From positions 68,522 to 132,521 of the forward strand of contig JANPCG010000015.1 of NCBI GenBank assembly GCA_031430855.1: 64,000 nucleotides of DNA, read 5' to 3'. Shown here piece by piece: positions 55,170-64,000 of the stretch; the first letter of the stretch is position 1; each line of letters begins with the position of its first letter. The notes under the pieces were generated by a model. The model worked only from the letters and a program-made list of their open reading frames with translations, was not told where the DNA came from and did not search any database. The translations under genes and the position numbers were made by a program. The DNA is from Candidatus Kaiserbacteria bacterium (lineage in GTDB: Bacteria > Patescibacteriota > Minisyncoccia > Phycocordibacterales > UBA918).

Positions 55170-56527
55170 AAAGTCAGCTTGGTTTTTACGGCGGAGTAGG
55201 GAGTGTCACCGGTGCAAATTTTATGCTTGATACGGGCGGGGCGGCCATTTTAATTGACTGTGGACTCGAGCAGGGGAGTCGTTTTGCTTCAGAACAAAAT
55301 ACACTCCCCTTTGTCTATAATCCGAGTGATGTTGATGTCCTTATGGTTACTCACGCGCACGCGGATCATATTGGGAGAATCCCAAAGCTGGTACGTGATG
55401 GTTTTTCCGGCGTCATTTATTCAACCAAACCAACTAAGGCACTTGCTGCCATCATGCTCGCTGACGCCTTGAAGGTGATGGAGTACGAACATGAACGCTA
55501 TGGGTATGAAGTCCTCTATGAAGCAGGAGACATCAGAGCTGCCTTAGCGTTGTGGAAAACGGTAGATTATAACGATGAAATTACACTACCTGATAACGTT
55601 ACGGCATTTTATAGTGACGCTGGGCACATTCTTGGTTCCGGGATGGTTCATTTTTCTCGGGGTGATAAAACGATAGTATTTACCGGTGATATTGGGAACG
55701 TACCGCAACCCCTTCTAAATCCACCGGTCATTCCTACTGGCTATGATTATTTAGTTATGGAGAGTGTGTATGGTGATAGGTTGCATGAAGAAGTAGCGGA
55801 ACGTACCTCACTTCTTAAGTCCTACATTGAGGACACTAGGGCTAAAGGGGGGACACTCATTATTCCGGCATTTTCTTTAGAGCGTACCCAAGGAATGTTG
55901 CTTGAGATTAATAACTTGGTTGAAAGCGGTTCCATTCAACCGATCCCCGTTTTTCTTGATTCGCCTTTAGCAATTTCAGTAACTGACGAGTATCGAACCT
56001 TTGCTTCCTATCTAAAAAATTCGGTGCAAGACCAAATTAAGGCTGGTGATGATATTTTTGATTTTGAGGGTCTGTCATTTACTCAGACAGTAAAAGAGTC
56101 TCATGAAATTGATGCCCATAAAGGCGCTAAAATCATCATTGCCGGCTCTGGCATGAGTCACGGGGGTCGGATTCGCCGTCATGAACAAAACTATCTCGGT
56201 GATCCAAAAACTACGGTACTCTTGGTTGGGTATCAATCAGCCGGTAGTCTTGGGCGGATTCTCCAAGACGGTGGTACGAAGGTAAAAATTGACGGCAAGG
56301 ACGTAAGAGTTAAAGCTAAAGTTGCGACCATTCGTGGTTTCTCTGGACACGCTGACCGTGATCAATTGCTTGGTTTGGTGGCAGAAGGGAGTGGTAATGC
56401 TAAGGCGGTCTATGTGGTGATGGGTGAAGAGCGCTCGTCACTGTTTTTGACACAGCGACTGCGTGATTATTTGGGATTAAACGCTAAGGCACCTGACCAG
56501 AATGAGGAGATTGAAATTGATTTTTAA
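55166..56527 (+). CDS. MBL-fold metallo-hydrolase of the beta-CASP RNA-metabolising family (RNase J/CPSF-like)
   Basis: VTHAHADHIGRIP (HxHxDH) plus later Asp/His motifs and a ~450-aa size. The start is taken at ATG 55166; the ORF extends to 55118. Confidence 0.65.
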   Translation: MKSQLGFYGGVGSVTGANFMLDTGGAAILIDCGLEQGSRFASEQNTLPFVYNPSDVDVLMVTHAHADHIGRIPKLVRDGFSGVIYSTKPTKALAAIMLADALKVMEYEHERYGYEVLYEAGDIRAALALWKTVDYNDEITLPDNVTAFYSDAGHILGSGMVHFSRGDKTIVFTGDIGNVPQPLLNPPVIPTGYDYLVMESVYGDRLHEEVAERTSLLKSYIEDTRAKGGTLIIPAFSLERTQGMLLEINNLVESGSIQPIPVFLDSPLAISVTDEYRTFASYLKNSVQDQIKAGDDIFDFEGLSFTQTVKESHEIDAHKGAKIIIAGSGMSHGGRIRRHEQNYLGDPKTTVLLVGYQSAGSLGRILQDGGTKVKIDGKDVRVKAKVATIRGFSGHADRDQLLGLVAEGSGNAKAVYVVMGEERSSLFLTQRLRDYLGLNAKAPDQNEEIEIDF

Positions 56528-56538
56528 TTATTGCATCA

Positions 56539-57024
56539 TTGGTTATGAAAAAACTCCTAATTTTTGGTTTCATGATTGTCATGATGTTCTCGTTCGTTCC
56601 TGTGACTCAGGCTCAAACCCGAACATCGTCCCTTGGTCTAGAAGACCGGAAAATATTAATCTTACAACTAACCCTTAAAGTTCAAGAGCTTGTGAAAGAA
56701 CTGAGTGTGCTCCTTGAGCGTCAAGATACCCTAATTCAAAGAGAAGTGAGTATGTCTCGCGTTAATGCAGAGATTTACTTTACGATGAGCCCAGAGGTCG
56801 GTTTTTTAGGGGTCTGTAGTGATGTCGTAAATCGGCTTACCAGTTCAACTCTACTTAAGCAGGAAAAGATTAACGTAAGTGCCGAAAATATTACCTGTTA
56901 CGACAGTAAAGAAAAGTATGTGTTATCAGTAAAAACATCAAAGGGATATTCTTGTGCTGACAGTACTGGTGTAATGAAAACGACCAGCGGCCCTGCTATT
57001 CTGCTTGGCTGTCTAGTCAAGTAG
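56539..57024 (+). CDS. Secreted hypothetical protein (161 aa)
   Basis: Signal peptide with TQA|QT cleavage site. Four Cys. Confidence 0.45.
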   Translation: MVMKKLLIFGFMIVMMFSFVPVTQAQTRTSSLGLEDRKILILQLTLKVQELVKELSVLLERQDTLIQREVSMSRVNAEIYFTMSPEVGFLGVCSDVVNRLTSSTLLKQEKINVSAENITCYDSKEKYVLSVKTSKGYSCADSTGVMKTTSGPAILLGCLVK

Positions 57025-57083
57025 AAGGTATAAAATGTAAAACAAAAGAAACACCTCGCGTGAGCGAGGTGTTTCTTTTGTGT

Positions 57084-57428
57084 TTATTTTGTTGCGTCAA
57101 CTACTCGCTTAAATGAATCTGGTCGCTCGAGGGCGAGAGTGGCGAGAACCTTTCGGTCAAGCTTGATTCCCTTGAGGGTGAGGGTGTTGATGAAACGACT
57201 GTACTTGATATCAAAGTGAGACAAGGCTGCATTGATACGTACGGTCCACAATCGACGGAAGTCACCTTTCTTCTTTTTGCGGTGCGCAAACGAGTAGGTC
57301 TCGGCGTGGTAGATAGCTTCGCGCGCAACTCGCTTCTTCTTTGAACGCTGGAGGCGATAGCCTTTTACTTGTTCGAGGATATTGCGACGGCGCTTGTTGG
57401 CCATCAATCCTCCTTTTACACGTGACAT
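57084..57428 (-). CDS. rplT: 50S ribosomal protein L20
   Basis: ...DFRRLWTVRINAALSHFDIKYSRFINTLTLKGIKLDRKVLATLA matches L20. Confidence 0.9.
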   Translation of the reverse strand: MSRVKGGLMANKRRRNILEQVKGYRLQRSKKKRVAREAIYHAETYSFAHRKKKKGDFRRLWTVRINAALSHFDIKYSRFINTLTLKGIKLDRKVLATLALERPDSFKRVVDATK

Positions 57429-57434
57429 ATGATA

Positions 57435-57692
57435 TTAATTAGCTGCTACGGGATGTGTCTCTGATAATGGCTTGGCTCCAGTTCCAGGAAGGAAACGGCG
57501 ACTGATACGCTTACTAAAGTTCAGAAGCTGTGTTCGCTTGCGGCGAAGTCGCTGTTGACCAGTTTGGCGGGCATTAAAGTGGTTTTGACCAGGCTTTCGA
57601 GCAACTAACTTGCCGTTCTTGGTTACCTTGATGCGCTTGCTGAATGATTTGTTTGTCTTCATAAATTTGTGTGACTGCGTAAAGTGTGGCAA
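57435..57692 (-). CDS. rpmI: 50S ribosomal protein L35
   Basis: MKTNKSFSKRIKVTKNGKLVARKPGQNHF matches L35. The start is probably ATG 57662. Confidence 0.8.
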   Translation of the reverse strand: MPHFTQSHKFMKTNKSFSKRIKVTKNGKLVARKPGQNHFNARQTGQQRLRRKRTQLLNFSKRISRRFLPGTGAKPLSETHPVAAN

Positions 57693-57780
57693 CTATAGCG
57701 TATCTGGCTTTATTTGTCAAAGGATTTTAGGTAACGAAACCCTTGCTTTTTTGTGGACTTACGGTCATTGTTAGACATAT

Positions 57781-58545
57781 ATGCAGTTAAACGGGCCCAT
57801 TTTAGATAAAGTTAAAGTAACGTTCGATAAAAACGTTGATTTCGGTGTCTTTCCCTTTAATTTGAGCGTGATAAAGAATCTAAAGGATATAACTCTAACG
57901 ACCCAAGTTACCTTTGTGGTGGGTGAAAATGGTACCGGTAAATCAACGTTTTTAGAGGCCTTGGCGGCTAGAGCAGGGTTTGGAAAAGAGGGTGGAAGTA
58001 AAAGTGTTAATTTTAGTACTACTGATACTATTCATGGTAACTACGCAGATTCACTGGCTGCTCAATTGACACTCTCATGGCGAAAGAAACCAAAAGACGG
58101 CTATTTTTTTAGAGCCGAAAGTTTTTTTAATGTAGCGAGCTTTTTTGAAACTATGGCTAAAGATCCGTTCGTAGGAGAATCTGCCTACGGTAGTTATGGT
58201 GGTAAATCATTGCATGCACAGTCACACGGAGAGAGTTTTTTATCCTTCTTTGTCAACCGTTTGGGCGGAGGCGGTTTTTACATCTTAGATGAACCAGAGG
58301 CAGCTCTCTCTCCGCAACGACAGCTTTCATTACTTAAGATCATTAATGACGTATGCAAGAATGGTGAGACTCAATTTGTCATTGCGACGCACTCACCAAT
58401 ATTATTAGCCTACCCAGGATCTACTATTTATTCTTGTGATGGGGAATCTCTAGAAATGATTGAATACGAAGACACTGAGCACTATCAAATTACAAAAGGT
58501 TTTTTGGATAATCCAAAAATTTATCTAAAGCACTTATTTGAGTAA
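57781..58545 (+). CDS. Stand-alone ABC-type (AAA_21/SMC-like) ATPase without TM or partner domain
   Basis: Walker A FVVGENGTGKST, signature-like SHGESF, Walker B FYILDEPEAALS and H-loop ATHSP. It lies between the divergent rpmI and infC genes. Confidence 0.6.
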   Translation: MQLNGPILDKVKVTFDKNVDFGVFPFNLSVIKNLKDITLTTQVTFVVGENGTGKSTFLEALAARAGFGKEGGSKSVNFSTTDTIHGNYADSLAAQLTLSWRKKPKDGYFFRAESFFNVASFFETMAKDPFVGESAYGSYGGKSLHAQSHGESFLSFFVNRLGGGGFYILDEPEAALSPQRQLSLLKIINDVCKNGETQFVIATHSPILLAYPGSTIYSCDGESLEMIEYEDTEHYQITKGFLDNPKIYLKHLFE

Positions 58546-58558
58546 AGTAAACGTTCGT

Positions 58559-59224
58559 TTAAATCATCCCTGAGTCAAGGAGTGCGTCTAAGTTCTTCTT
58601 TTTACTCTTCACAATACTCGTGTCCACCACTTTCTTTGGTTCTGGGGCAACAGGCTTGGCAGCGTCTTTTAGTTTCTGGGTCTTGGTTCCCGGCATTCGT
58701 TCGAGGGTCGTAGTGTAGCCTTTGGGGCTTTTTTTCATCTCATCTGCTATTTTGTACTCAGTCGGGATGATTTTAAGGAAACGGTCGAGACGCTCCTTTA
58801 AAAAGGCTGGTTCCATGTATTTGTAGCGACCCCACAAAAAAAGATCAACCTTTACCCGGTGTCCTTCTTCGAGCCATTCAGACGCTCGTTTAGCTTTGAG
58901 GAGTTGGTCATTTTCACCAGTTCCGATTTTTACCTGGACACTTTTAGTTTCAGTAACGTGCGACTTTGACCGCATCTCACTTTCTTTTTGACCAGTATCA
59001 TAACGATACTTACCAAAGTCCATGATTTTAGCGACCGGCGGCTTGGCATTTGGGCTAATTTCAATCAGGTCAAGATTCGCATCATCAGCTGCCTTGAGGG
59101 CAGCTTCAAGGGTGAGTACACCCAAGTTTTCACCGGCCGGACCAACTACACGCAGTTCTTTGGCGCGGATAGCGGCGTTAATTCGTGTCTTTACTTTGTA
59201 TTCGAAGGTAGAGGGTTTTTGCAA
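58559..59224 (-). CDS. infC: Translation initiation factor IF-3 with C-terminal extension
   Basis: ...LRVVGPAGENLGVLTLEAALKAADDANLDLIEISPNAKPPVAKIMDFGKYRYD... matches the IF-3 N- and C-domains. The true start may be a non-ATG codon. Confidence 0.85.
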   Translation of the reverse strand: MQKPSTFEYKVKTRINAAIRAKELRVVGPAGENLGVLTLEAALKAADDANLDLIEISPNAKPPVAKIMDFGKYRYDTGQKESEMRSKSHVTETKSVQVKIGTGENDQLLKAKRASEWLEEGHRVKVDLFLWGRYKYMEPAFLKERLDRFLKIIPTEYKIADEMKKSPKGYTTTLERMPGTKTQKLKDAAKPVAPEPKKVVDTSIVKSKKKNLDALLDSGMI

Positions 59225-59357
59225 GTTAATTGGTTTTAGAAAATAAAAAGGTGGAGGTGGCTGCGAAAAGAGGCAGCGGTGCGCGGTTATGCTGGAGTGG
59301 TGATTGTCATACTAAAACGAAGTGTCAAAAATATACCATATAAAAGTCTATTTGCAA

Positions 59358-60821
59358 TCAGGTATTGAGATACAGTCGTGCTCGTTCTTCATGTTGTTGT
59401 CGTTTTTCTGGACTCATCCGGACCAATAGCTTGGGCATCATCGAAAGGCGATGGTTTGAATTAAAGAAATCGGCATGATCTGCAATAAACTGCCAATAGA
59501 GAGCCGTCCAAAGCTCATTCCAATTACCACGTGGGTAGTCAGACATTTTTTCGATATAGCTACTACCGCTGATATATGGTTTCGTGGCAAAACTTCCGCC
59601 ATCACTAAACTGACTCATGCCATAGACATTTGGTACCATCACCCAATCATAGGCATCTACATACATTGCCATAAACCAGCGATAGACCTCATCCGGATGA
59701 ATTCGCGCTAAGAGCATAAAATTCCCCATAACCATCAGTCGTTCAATATGGTGGGTGTATCCGTACGAGAGGGCAGTCGTAATAACGTGATCGAGGGGAA
59801 AGATGTCTGTCGTGCCGGTCCAGAAGGAATCGGGAAGCAGCCGGGTGTGATTAAAAAAGTTTTTTGTACGCATCGACTTTCCGTCAACGATATAGCTTGC
59901 CCTCATAAATTCCCGCCAGCCAATGATTTGCCGGATAAAACCCTCGAGTGAATTGAGAGGTGTGGTATGAGTTTTTGCGTAGGTTATAGCAGTATCAACT
60001 ACCTGGCGCGGGTGTAATAGTCCAATATTAATAAGTGGGGAGAGAGTAGAATGAAAAATTCGGGTATGGTACTTTGAAAGTGCGTCCTCGTAGTCACCAA
60101 AGTGGGTGAACCGAGTTTCTAAAAACTCTTCTAAGTAGGCCTCTGCTCCGGCTCTTGTATACGGAAGCCAGACTGACGGGGTACCATACTGTTCGCTATT
60201 GATGCTGTCGAGCCACGTCTCAGCTGCTACGATGTCATCGTTGGTGTGCGGGCTGATATCAGGTGGCAACGGAAATTGTTTTGGCAACTTTTTGCGATTG
60301 TTACTATCAAAACTGAAAGTGCCACCGGCTGGGGTATTGTCTTCGTTCATAAGAATACCTGAGTCCTTGCGATAGGCTTCGTAAAAACGTTTCATTGAGC
60401 GTTTACTGGTGAGGAATCGTTCGCGCGCTTCGGTTTGCGTAAATATAAACAGCGGTGATTCATAGGAATGACGAGTAATCTCTTGTTTTTGTGCGGCTAC
60501 CCAAATCCGTTTCTCGAGCCAATAGTCAACGGTATCAACCACATGCATGACGGTCACTCCATCCCGACGGAGTCGCAAAAACACATCATCCGAATGACCG
60601 AGGTCACGTACCTCAAGGTACGTGACCGTATAGCCGGCCCCGACAAGTTCACTTTGATATGCTTGCATTGATAAACGGTGAAGTAAAAGCTTTTGTCGGT
60701 GACATCCAAATTCTGTCAAGAAAAGTGGTTCCTCAGCGAGGTAGACAGGGCGTCCCGGAGCGAGAGCTGGGTGGGTATGGACTGGAAACAGTTGGTTCGG
60801 GTAAATAAGAGAAACTTCCAT
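59358..60821 (-). CDS. Photolyase/cryptochrome-related protein (deoxyribodipyrimidine photolyase-related, PF04244-like)
   Basis: The C-terminal half carries ...EGFIRQIIGWREFMRASY... DAYDWVMVPNVYGMSQFSDGGSFATKPYISGSSYIEKMSDY, matching the photolyase FAD-binding region. Confidence 0.55.
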   Translation of the reverse strand: MEVSLIYPNQLFPVHTHPALAPGRPVYLAEEPLFLTEFGCHRQKLLLHRLSMQAYQSELVGAGYTVTYLEVRDLGHSDDVFLRLRRDGVTVMHVVDTVDYWLEKRIWVAAQKQEITRHSYESPLFIFTQTEARERFLTSKRSMKRFYEAYRKDSGILMNEDNTPAGGTFSFDSNNRKKLPKQFPLPPDISPHTNDDIVAAETWLDSINSEQYGTPSVWLPYTRAGAEAYLEEFLETRFTHFGDYEDALSKYHTRIFHSTLSPLINIGLLHPRQVVDTAITYAKTHTTPLNSLEGFIRQIIGWREFMRASYIVDGKSMRTKNFFNHTRLLPDSFWTGTTDIFPLDHVITTALSYGYTHHIERLMVMGNFMLLARIHPDEVYRWFMAMYVDAYDWVMVPNVYGMSQFSDGGSFATKPYISGSSYIEKMSDYPRGNWNELWTALYWQFIADHADFFNSNHRLSMMPKLLVRMSPEKRQQHEERARLYLNT

Positions 60822-60846
60822 GTATTTCTAGTATACTCGAAAAGCC

Positions 60847-60978
60847 ATGAACCAAAAAGAATCGAAAATTTGCCCCGTGTGTAAACGTCCGTTTACGAAT
60901 CGAAAATCCTGGAAAATGCGCGGTCAGTGGGAGCAGGTTGTCTACTGTAGTGAACGATGTAAAAAACAAGGAATATGA
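60847..60978 (+). CDS. DUF2256-like small zinc-ribbon protein (43 aa)
   Basis: MNQKESKICPVCKRPFTNRKSWKMRGQWEQVVYCSERCKKQGI has a CPxC...CSxRC pattern. This family is typically found beside photolyase genes. Not present in the supplied ORF track because it is shorter than 60 aa. Confidence 0.55.
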   Translation: MNQKESKICPVCKRPFTNRKSWKMRGQWEQVVYCSERCKKQGI

Positions 60979-62066
60979 ATTGGGTAGCATCATACGATGA
61001 AATAGTGGAAAAGATACGCTCTATAAACCCAGTCGCGTACGCAAGAACTCGTAATCATCTCAGCGGGCAGGTGACTCATTTGTCGCCGTATATTACTCGG
61101 GGAGTAGTAACCTTACCGCAGGTTCGTGATTTAGTACTGCAACGCTACTCTACCCATGAAGCCAAAACATTTATCCAAGAGTTGGCCTGGCGGGAGTATT
61201 TTCAAAATGTCTGGGACGAAAAGGGTGATTTGATTTGGGAGGATTTACGGTTCCCACGGAGTGATTACCGTCATCACGAGCTGGTAACCGGCATTGTTAT
61301 GGGTCAGACAGGGATCCGTGCATTAGATGAATCGGTCCTCACCTTACAGCAGACGGGGTATATTCATAATCATGAACGGATGTGGCTCTCTGCTCTCTCG
61401 AGTAATATTGCCCGAGCCGACTGGCGAATGATGAGTCGATTCATGTATTACTACCTGCTTGATGGTGATATCGCGAGTAACACCCTCTCGTGGCAATGGG
61501 TAGCCGGAACGTCAGTTAACAAGCGATACGATATGAATCAGGAACTTATTAATGGCTGTGGTGGAGTGGTTGAGAAAGATACGTATCTCGATGTTGAACG
61601 TTCAGCGGTACAATCAATTAACCTTCCTTCAGAACTCGAAGCGTCCACTCCTTTTACTTTTACAACGGAACTCCCCAAAGGGGACGCTGTCGCTTCAGTG
61701 TCAAATCAGACAATTTATTTGTACCATCCCTGGCACCTCAGTCCCACCTGGAGAAATGAAACAATTCCAGACCGGAAAATCCTCGTTCTTGAACCGAGTC
61801 ATTTCGCCCGGTATCCCGTAGATAGTAAGGTCCTCTCTTTTATAGTTGATGAAGCCCATAAACTCCATCCCACAATTGAAATGTGGGTAGGAGAAGTAGG
61901 AGATATCGACGGGTTTGGATCAGTCAAAGAAGTGTATAGTGTTGCCCATCCGGAGACTAGGCACTTCAATGCCGTCCTTGATGAACGAGAGCGACTTTTC
62001 CCGCAGGTGACAGGCTACCACCAAAGCTTCTTTAAATTCTGGCAGGAGTGTGAAAAGTTCTTATAA
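60975..62066 (+). CDS. Cryptochrome/photolyase-family FAD-binding-domain protein (lacks N-terminal alpha/beta photolyase domain)
   Basis: ...TGIRALDESVLTLQQTGYIHNHERMWLSALSSNIARADWRMMSRFMYYYLLDGDIASNTLSWQWVAGTS... matches the FAD_binding_7 region of Cry/Phr proteins. Confidence 0.65.
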   Translation: MNWVASYDEIVEKIRSINPVAYARTRNHLSGQVTHLSPYITRGVVTLPQVRDLVLQRYSTHEAKTFIQELAWREYFQNVWDEKGDLIWEDLRFPRSDYRHHELVTGIVMGQTGIRALDESVLTLQQTGYIHNHERMWLSALSSNIARADWRMMSRFMYYYLLDGDIASNTLSWQWVAGTSVNKRYDMNQELINGCGGVVEKDTYLDVERSAVQSINLPSELEASTPFTFTTELPKGDAVASVSNQTIYLYHPWHLSPTWRNETIPDRKILVLEPSHFARYPVDSKVLSFIVDEAHKLHPTIEMWVGEVGDIDGFGSVKEVYSVAHPETRHFNAVLDERERLFPQVTGYHQSFFKFWQECEKFL

Positions 62067-62879
62067 AACTTCTGACCGTTTTAGTCGTCCCGGTATAAAG
62101 TAATTTGTTTCAGCCATGTAGGTGTTGTAATCGACCGGGTATTTCTCCAAAAATATTCGCTCGAGCATTGGTCCAGTTACTTTGGTCACAATATAGGTAA
62201 TCATGAGAGGGCTCGCGAGTCCGAGGTAGCCAAACGGTAACGGGAGTACCATGAGGGCAAAACCCCACCAGACGAGCGTTTCTCCAAAATAATTGGGGCG
62301 GCGCGCATATCGAAATAACCCAGTTTTCATTATAACTGCCGGTTCTGTGCCGGCTCGCTTACGGGCGAGAAATTGATCGAGTTGGTAGTCTGAAATCGTT
62401 TCAATTATGAGTCCAATTGTAAATACGAGGCATCCCAAAATAATCCAAAGCCAATTCAGTGAATCTAAAAAGGTGATTGCGAGAATGAATGGAAGACTTA
62501 CAATCAGAATGATGAATCCTTGGAGGAGGTTAACCTGCAAAAAACTACGAATAACAAAGTATAGTTGCCCACGTTTTTGCCATTCTTCTCGCCAGGCTGC
62601 ATACCGAGCATCTTCTGGTTTGCCTTTATTTTTACGATAAATCCTAATGCTGAGTCGTGTGGCCCAAACTCCAGTAAGTCCAAGCACGAGGAGGGGGAGG
62701 ACATTCGTGGTGTGTAAAAGCATTGCCATTACGAGAGCGCTAACAAAGAATGATGGCCCATACGCGATATCCATGAGGCTATTATCTCGTTTTAGTTGAG
62801 AAATCAAAAACACCGTACTGACGTAGATGAGCAATATACTGCCAAAGACACATGTGTTAACAAGTAGGTTTTCGCCCAT
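62061..62879 (-). CDS. DUF1295 / steroid-5alpha-reductase/ICMT-fold membrane protein
   Basis: ...RRPNYFGETLVWWGFAL... (the family typically has RHPNYFGE) in a polytopic membrane protein. Confidence 0.5.
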   Translation of the reverse strand: MGENLLVNTCVFGSILLIYVSTVFLISQLKRDNSLMDIAYGPSFFVSALVMAMLLHTTNVLPLLVLGLTGVWATRLSIRIYRKNKGKPEDARYAAWREEWQKRGQLYFVIRSFLQVNLLQGFIILIVSLPFILAITFLDSLNWLWIILGCLVFTIGLIIETISDYQLDQFLARKRAGTEPAVIMKTGLFRYARRPNYFGETLVWWGFALMVLPLPFGYLGLASPLMITYIVTKVTGPMLERIFLEKYPVDYNTYMAETNYFIPGRLKRSEVL

Positions 62880-62913
62880 ACGTATTTATTCTAGCAGGTG
62901 ATAGAATAATCAC

Positions 62914-63495
62914 ATGCCTCGCGCGCGGACAACCACCGCAATAGAAGACGAAGGTGTCGTAAAAAAGCCTCGAACCACAAGGGTTCGGGCGATTTCGCCG
63001 GATGAAGATTTGCCTCCAAAAGTGCCTCGTAAACGGGCGTCAAAACAAGTGAGTGAACCAATTGCCGAAACTGAGCCTATTCGTAAAGCGCCTACAGCGT
63101 TCCGAGATCAAAAGCGCACCTCGAGTACAGGTATGAGAAATTTTGTAATTATTGTGGTGTTCTGTTTAAGTATTGTGAGTATCGGCCTTGGGATTGGTTT
63201 TAGTGACAAAGGTCAAATAAACGTTGTTGCGATTGTGAACGAACGAAACGAAAAGATTAACCGCGGGGAGGTTCGCTCGGCGACCGGCGAAGCTATAACT
63301 CAAACAATTCCGATTCAAGGAAGTGATAATCGTCCCAATGGTGGATTAATCCCGGCGGATACACCTCCACCTGCAGCATCTCCGGTTGAAACCACTCCTT
63401 CGGATAGTTCAGCTACCACAACGCCGGAATTTAATGCTTCAAGTACCGAGGAAGTTGGAGAAGAGGTAATCGCGAGCACTACCGTATCTGAGTAG
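62914..63495 (+). CDS. Hypothetical membrane-anchored protein (193 aa) with basic N-terminus and Pro/Ser/Thr-rich exterior
   Basis: Single TM (FVIIVVFCLSIVSIGLGIGF). Low-complexity flanks. Confidence 0.4.
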   Translation: MPRARTTTAIEDEGVVKKPRTTRVRAISPDEDLPPKVPRKRASKQVSEPIAETEPIRKAPTAFRDQKRTSSTGMRNFVIIVVFCLSIVSIGLGIGFSDKGQINVVAIVNERNEKINRGEVRSATGEAITQTIPIQGSDNRPNGGLIPADTPPPAASPVETTPSDSSATTTPEFNASSTEEVGEEVIASTTVSE

Positions 63496-63525
63496 GACTA
63501 CTTCAGTAACAAAACAGCTGCCCAC

Positions 63526-63972
63526 TTAGGCAGCTGTTTTTGGTATGCATTTATCACAGCGACATCCTTTTGATTTTATGTGCGTATTCCAAAACTCTTT
63601 GCCGTAGTTGTAGTTTAGTTCTTCTCCAGATTTAATACCGCGTTTGGCGTAAATACGAATGTATTTTTCATCCTCATCGATTTCGGGATAGCAGTTTGGC
63701 CTACAGGAGTGATTAATATATCGAGCAGGATTCTCTCTTCCTTTTCCATCGATCACATACTCGTCATTTAATTGAAAGAGATACTGTCCACCACGACGAT
63801 TTGCTTCTGCTTCGGTAATTTTCTCACCGGTATACTCAATAATAAAATCTCCCTTTTTAATTGGTTGTGTGGTAAAGAGTCCCAGTCCATGGGCGCCTCG
63901 TTTTACGGTAAATGCAGTTGTCATAACGGGCAACAGTATAGCAGAATTCAACGTTCCCAACAGTGCCTGCAT
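63526..63972 (-). CDS. SET-domain protein (lysine methyltransferase-like)
   Basis: ...GLGLFTTQPIKKGDFIIEYTGEKI...NHSCRPNC...GEELNYNYG...CRCDKC carries the SET signatures NHSCxPN and ELxxxY, plus a post-SET Cys cluster. Confidence 0.75.
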   Translation of the reverse strand: MQALLGTLNSAILLPVMTTAFTVKRGAHGLGLFTTQPIKKGDFIIEYTGEKITEAEANRRGGQYLFQLNDEYVIDGKGRENPARYINHSCRPNCYPEIDEDEKYIRIYAKRGIKSGEELNYNYGKEFWNTHIKSKGCRCDKCIPKTAA

Positions 63973-64000
63973 GGGTTACTACATATGCAGGTTATAGACG

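Noticed and set aside
1-64000. CRISPR arrays, transposases/IS elements, integrases, reverse transcriptases (DGR/retron), toxin-antitoxin pairs
   Set aside because: No regularly spaced direct repeats of CRISPR type were seen. No ORF showed DDE, tyrosine-recombinase or serine-recombinase motifs, or RT motifs (YxDD). The only recurrent repeat is the structured hairpin element described above, which has irregular spacing.
1-64000. tRNA/rRNA genes in the larger intergenic spacers (1406-1692, 23570-24000, 28390-28689, 31426-32079, 34123-34793, 40424-40810)
   Set aside because: No cloverleaf with a GTTCGAATC-type T-loop, and no conserved rRNA sequence block, could be recognised by eye. A tRNA scan was not possible, so absence is not proven.

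Overview
This 64 kb window appears to come from a small-genome bacterium, probably of the CPR/Patescibacteria type. Supporting observations: no rpmD (L30) between rpsE and rplO, a zinc-type S14, extensions on S5, S19 and IF3, an inserted loop in Ndk, and many large Sec-exported surface proteins. Standard code 11 is assumed, and no UGA recoding was seen in the core genes. The conserved backbone is rpsL-rpsG ... fusA ... tuf-rpsJ ... rplC-rplD-rplW-rplB ... rpsS-rplV-rpsC-rplP-rpmC-rpsQ-rplN-rplX-rplE ... rpsN-rpsH-rplF-rplR-rpsE-rplO-secY ... adk-map, with a convergent infC-rpmI-rplT unit. Unusually, this normally contiguous str/S10/spc super-operon is broken at six or more junctions by accessory insertions. 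They lie between rpsG and fusA (22 kb), fusA and tuf, rpsJ and rplC, rplB and rpsS, rplE and rpsN, and secY and adk. The inserted DNA encodes large secreted or cell-surface multidomain proteins, a nadV-nadM/Nudix NAD-salvage pair with palindromic operators, msrA, an ABC-F ATPase, a lipoprotein with a META domain, a fused FAD disulfide-oxidoreductase/DedA protein, a GFA-family protein and a GH15-like hydrolase. The most unusual items are the following. (1) A four-member paralogous family of exported Cys-rich proteins shares a conserved N-terminal module (...AQVWTSPTATPPANN..APINVG...YCD..G.NC) and has variable C-termini. It sits in three of the operon breaks (between rpsJ and rplC, as a tandem pair between rplB and rpsS, and after ndk). 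The tandem pair is flanked by a duplicated terminator-leader repeat, and one copy carries a single in-frame TAA. (2) A family of structured intergenic repeats has three to four consecutive hairpins whose arms differ between copies by compensatory substitutions. There are five copies: three sit on the 3' ends of genes (ABC-F, rpsJ, fusA), and two stand in tandem upstream of msrA, each fused to a silent 5' fragment of msrA. (3) A photolyase/cryptochrome cluster (PF04244-like, DUF2256, FAD-domain-only Cry) sits beside an orphan ABC-type ATPase and a SET-domain protein. No CRISPR, transposase, reverse transcriptase or tRNA gene was recognised.
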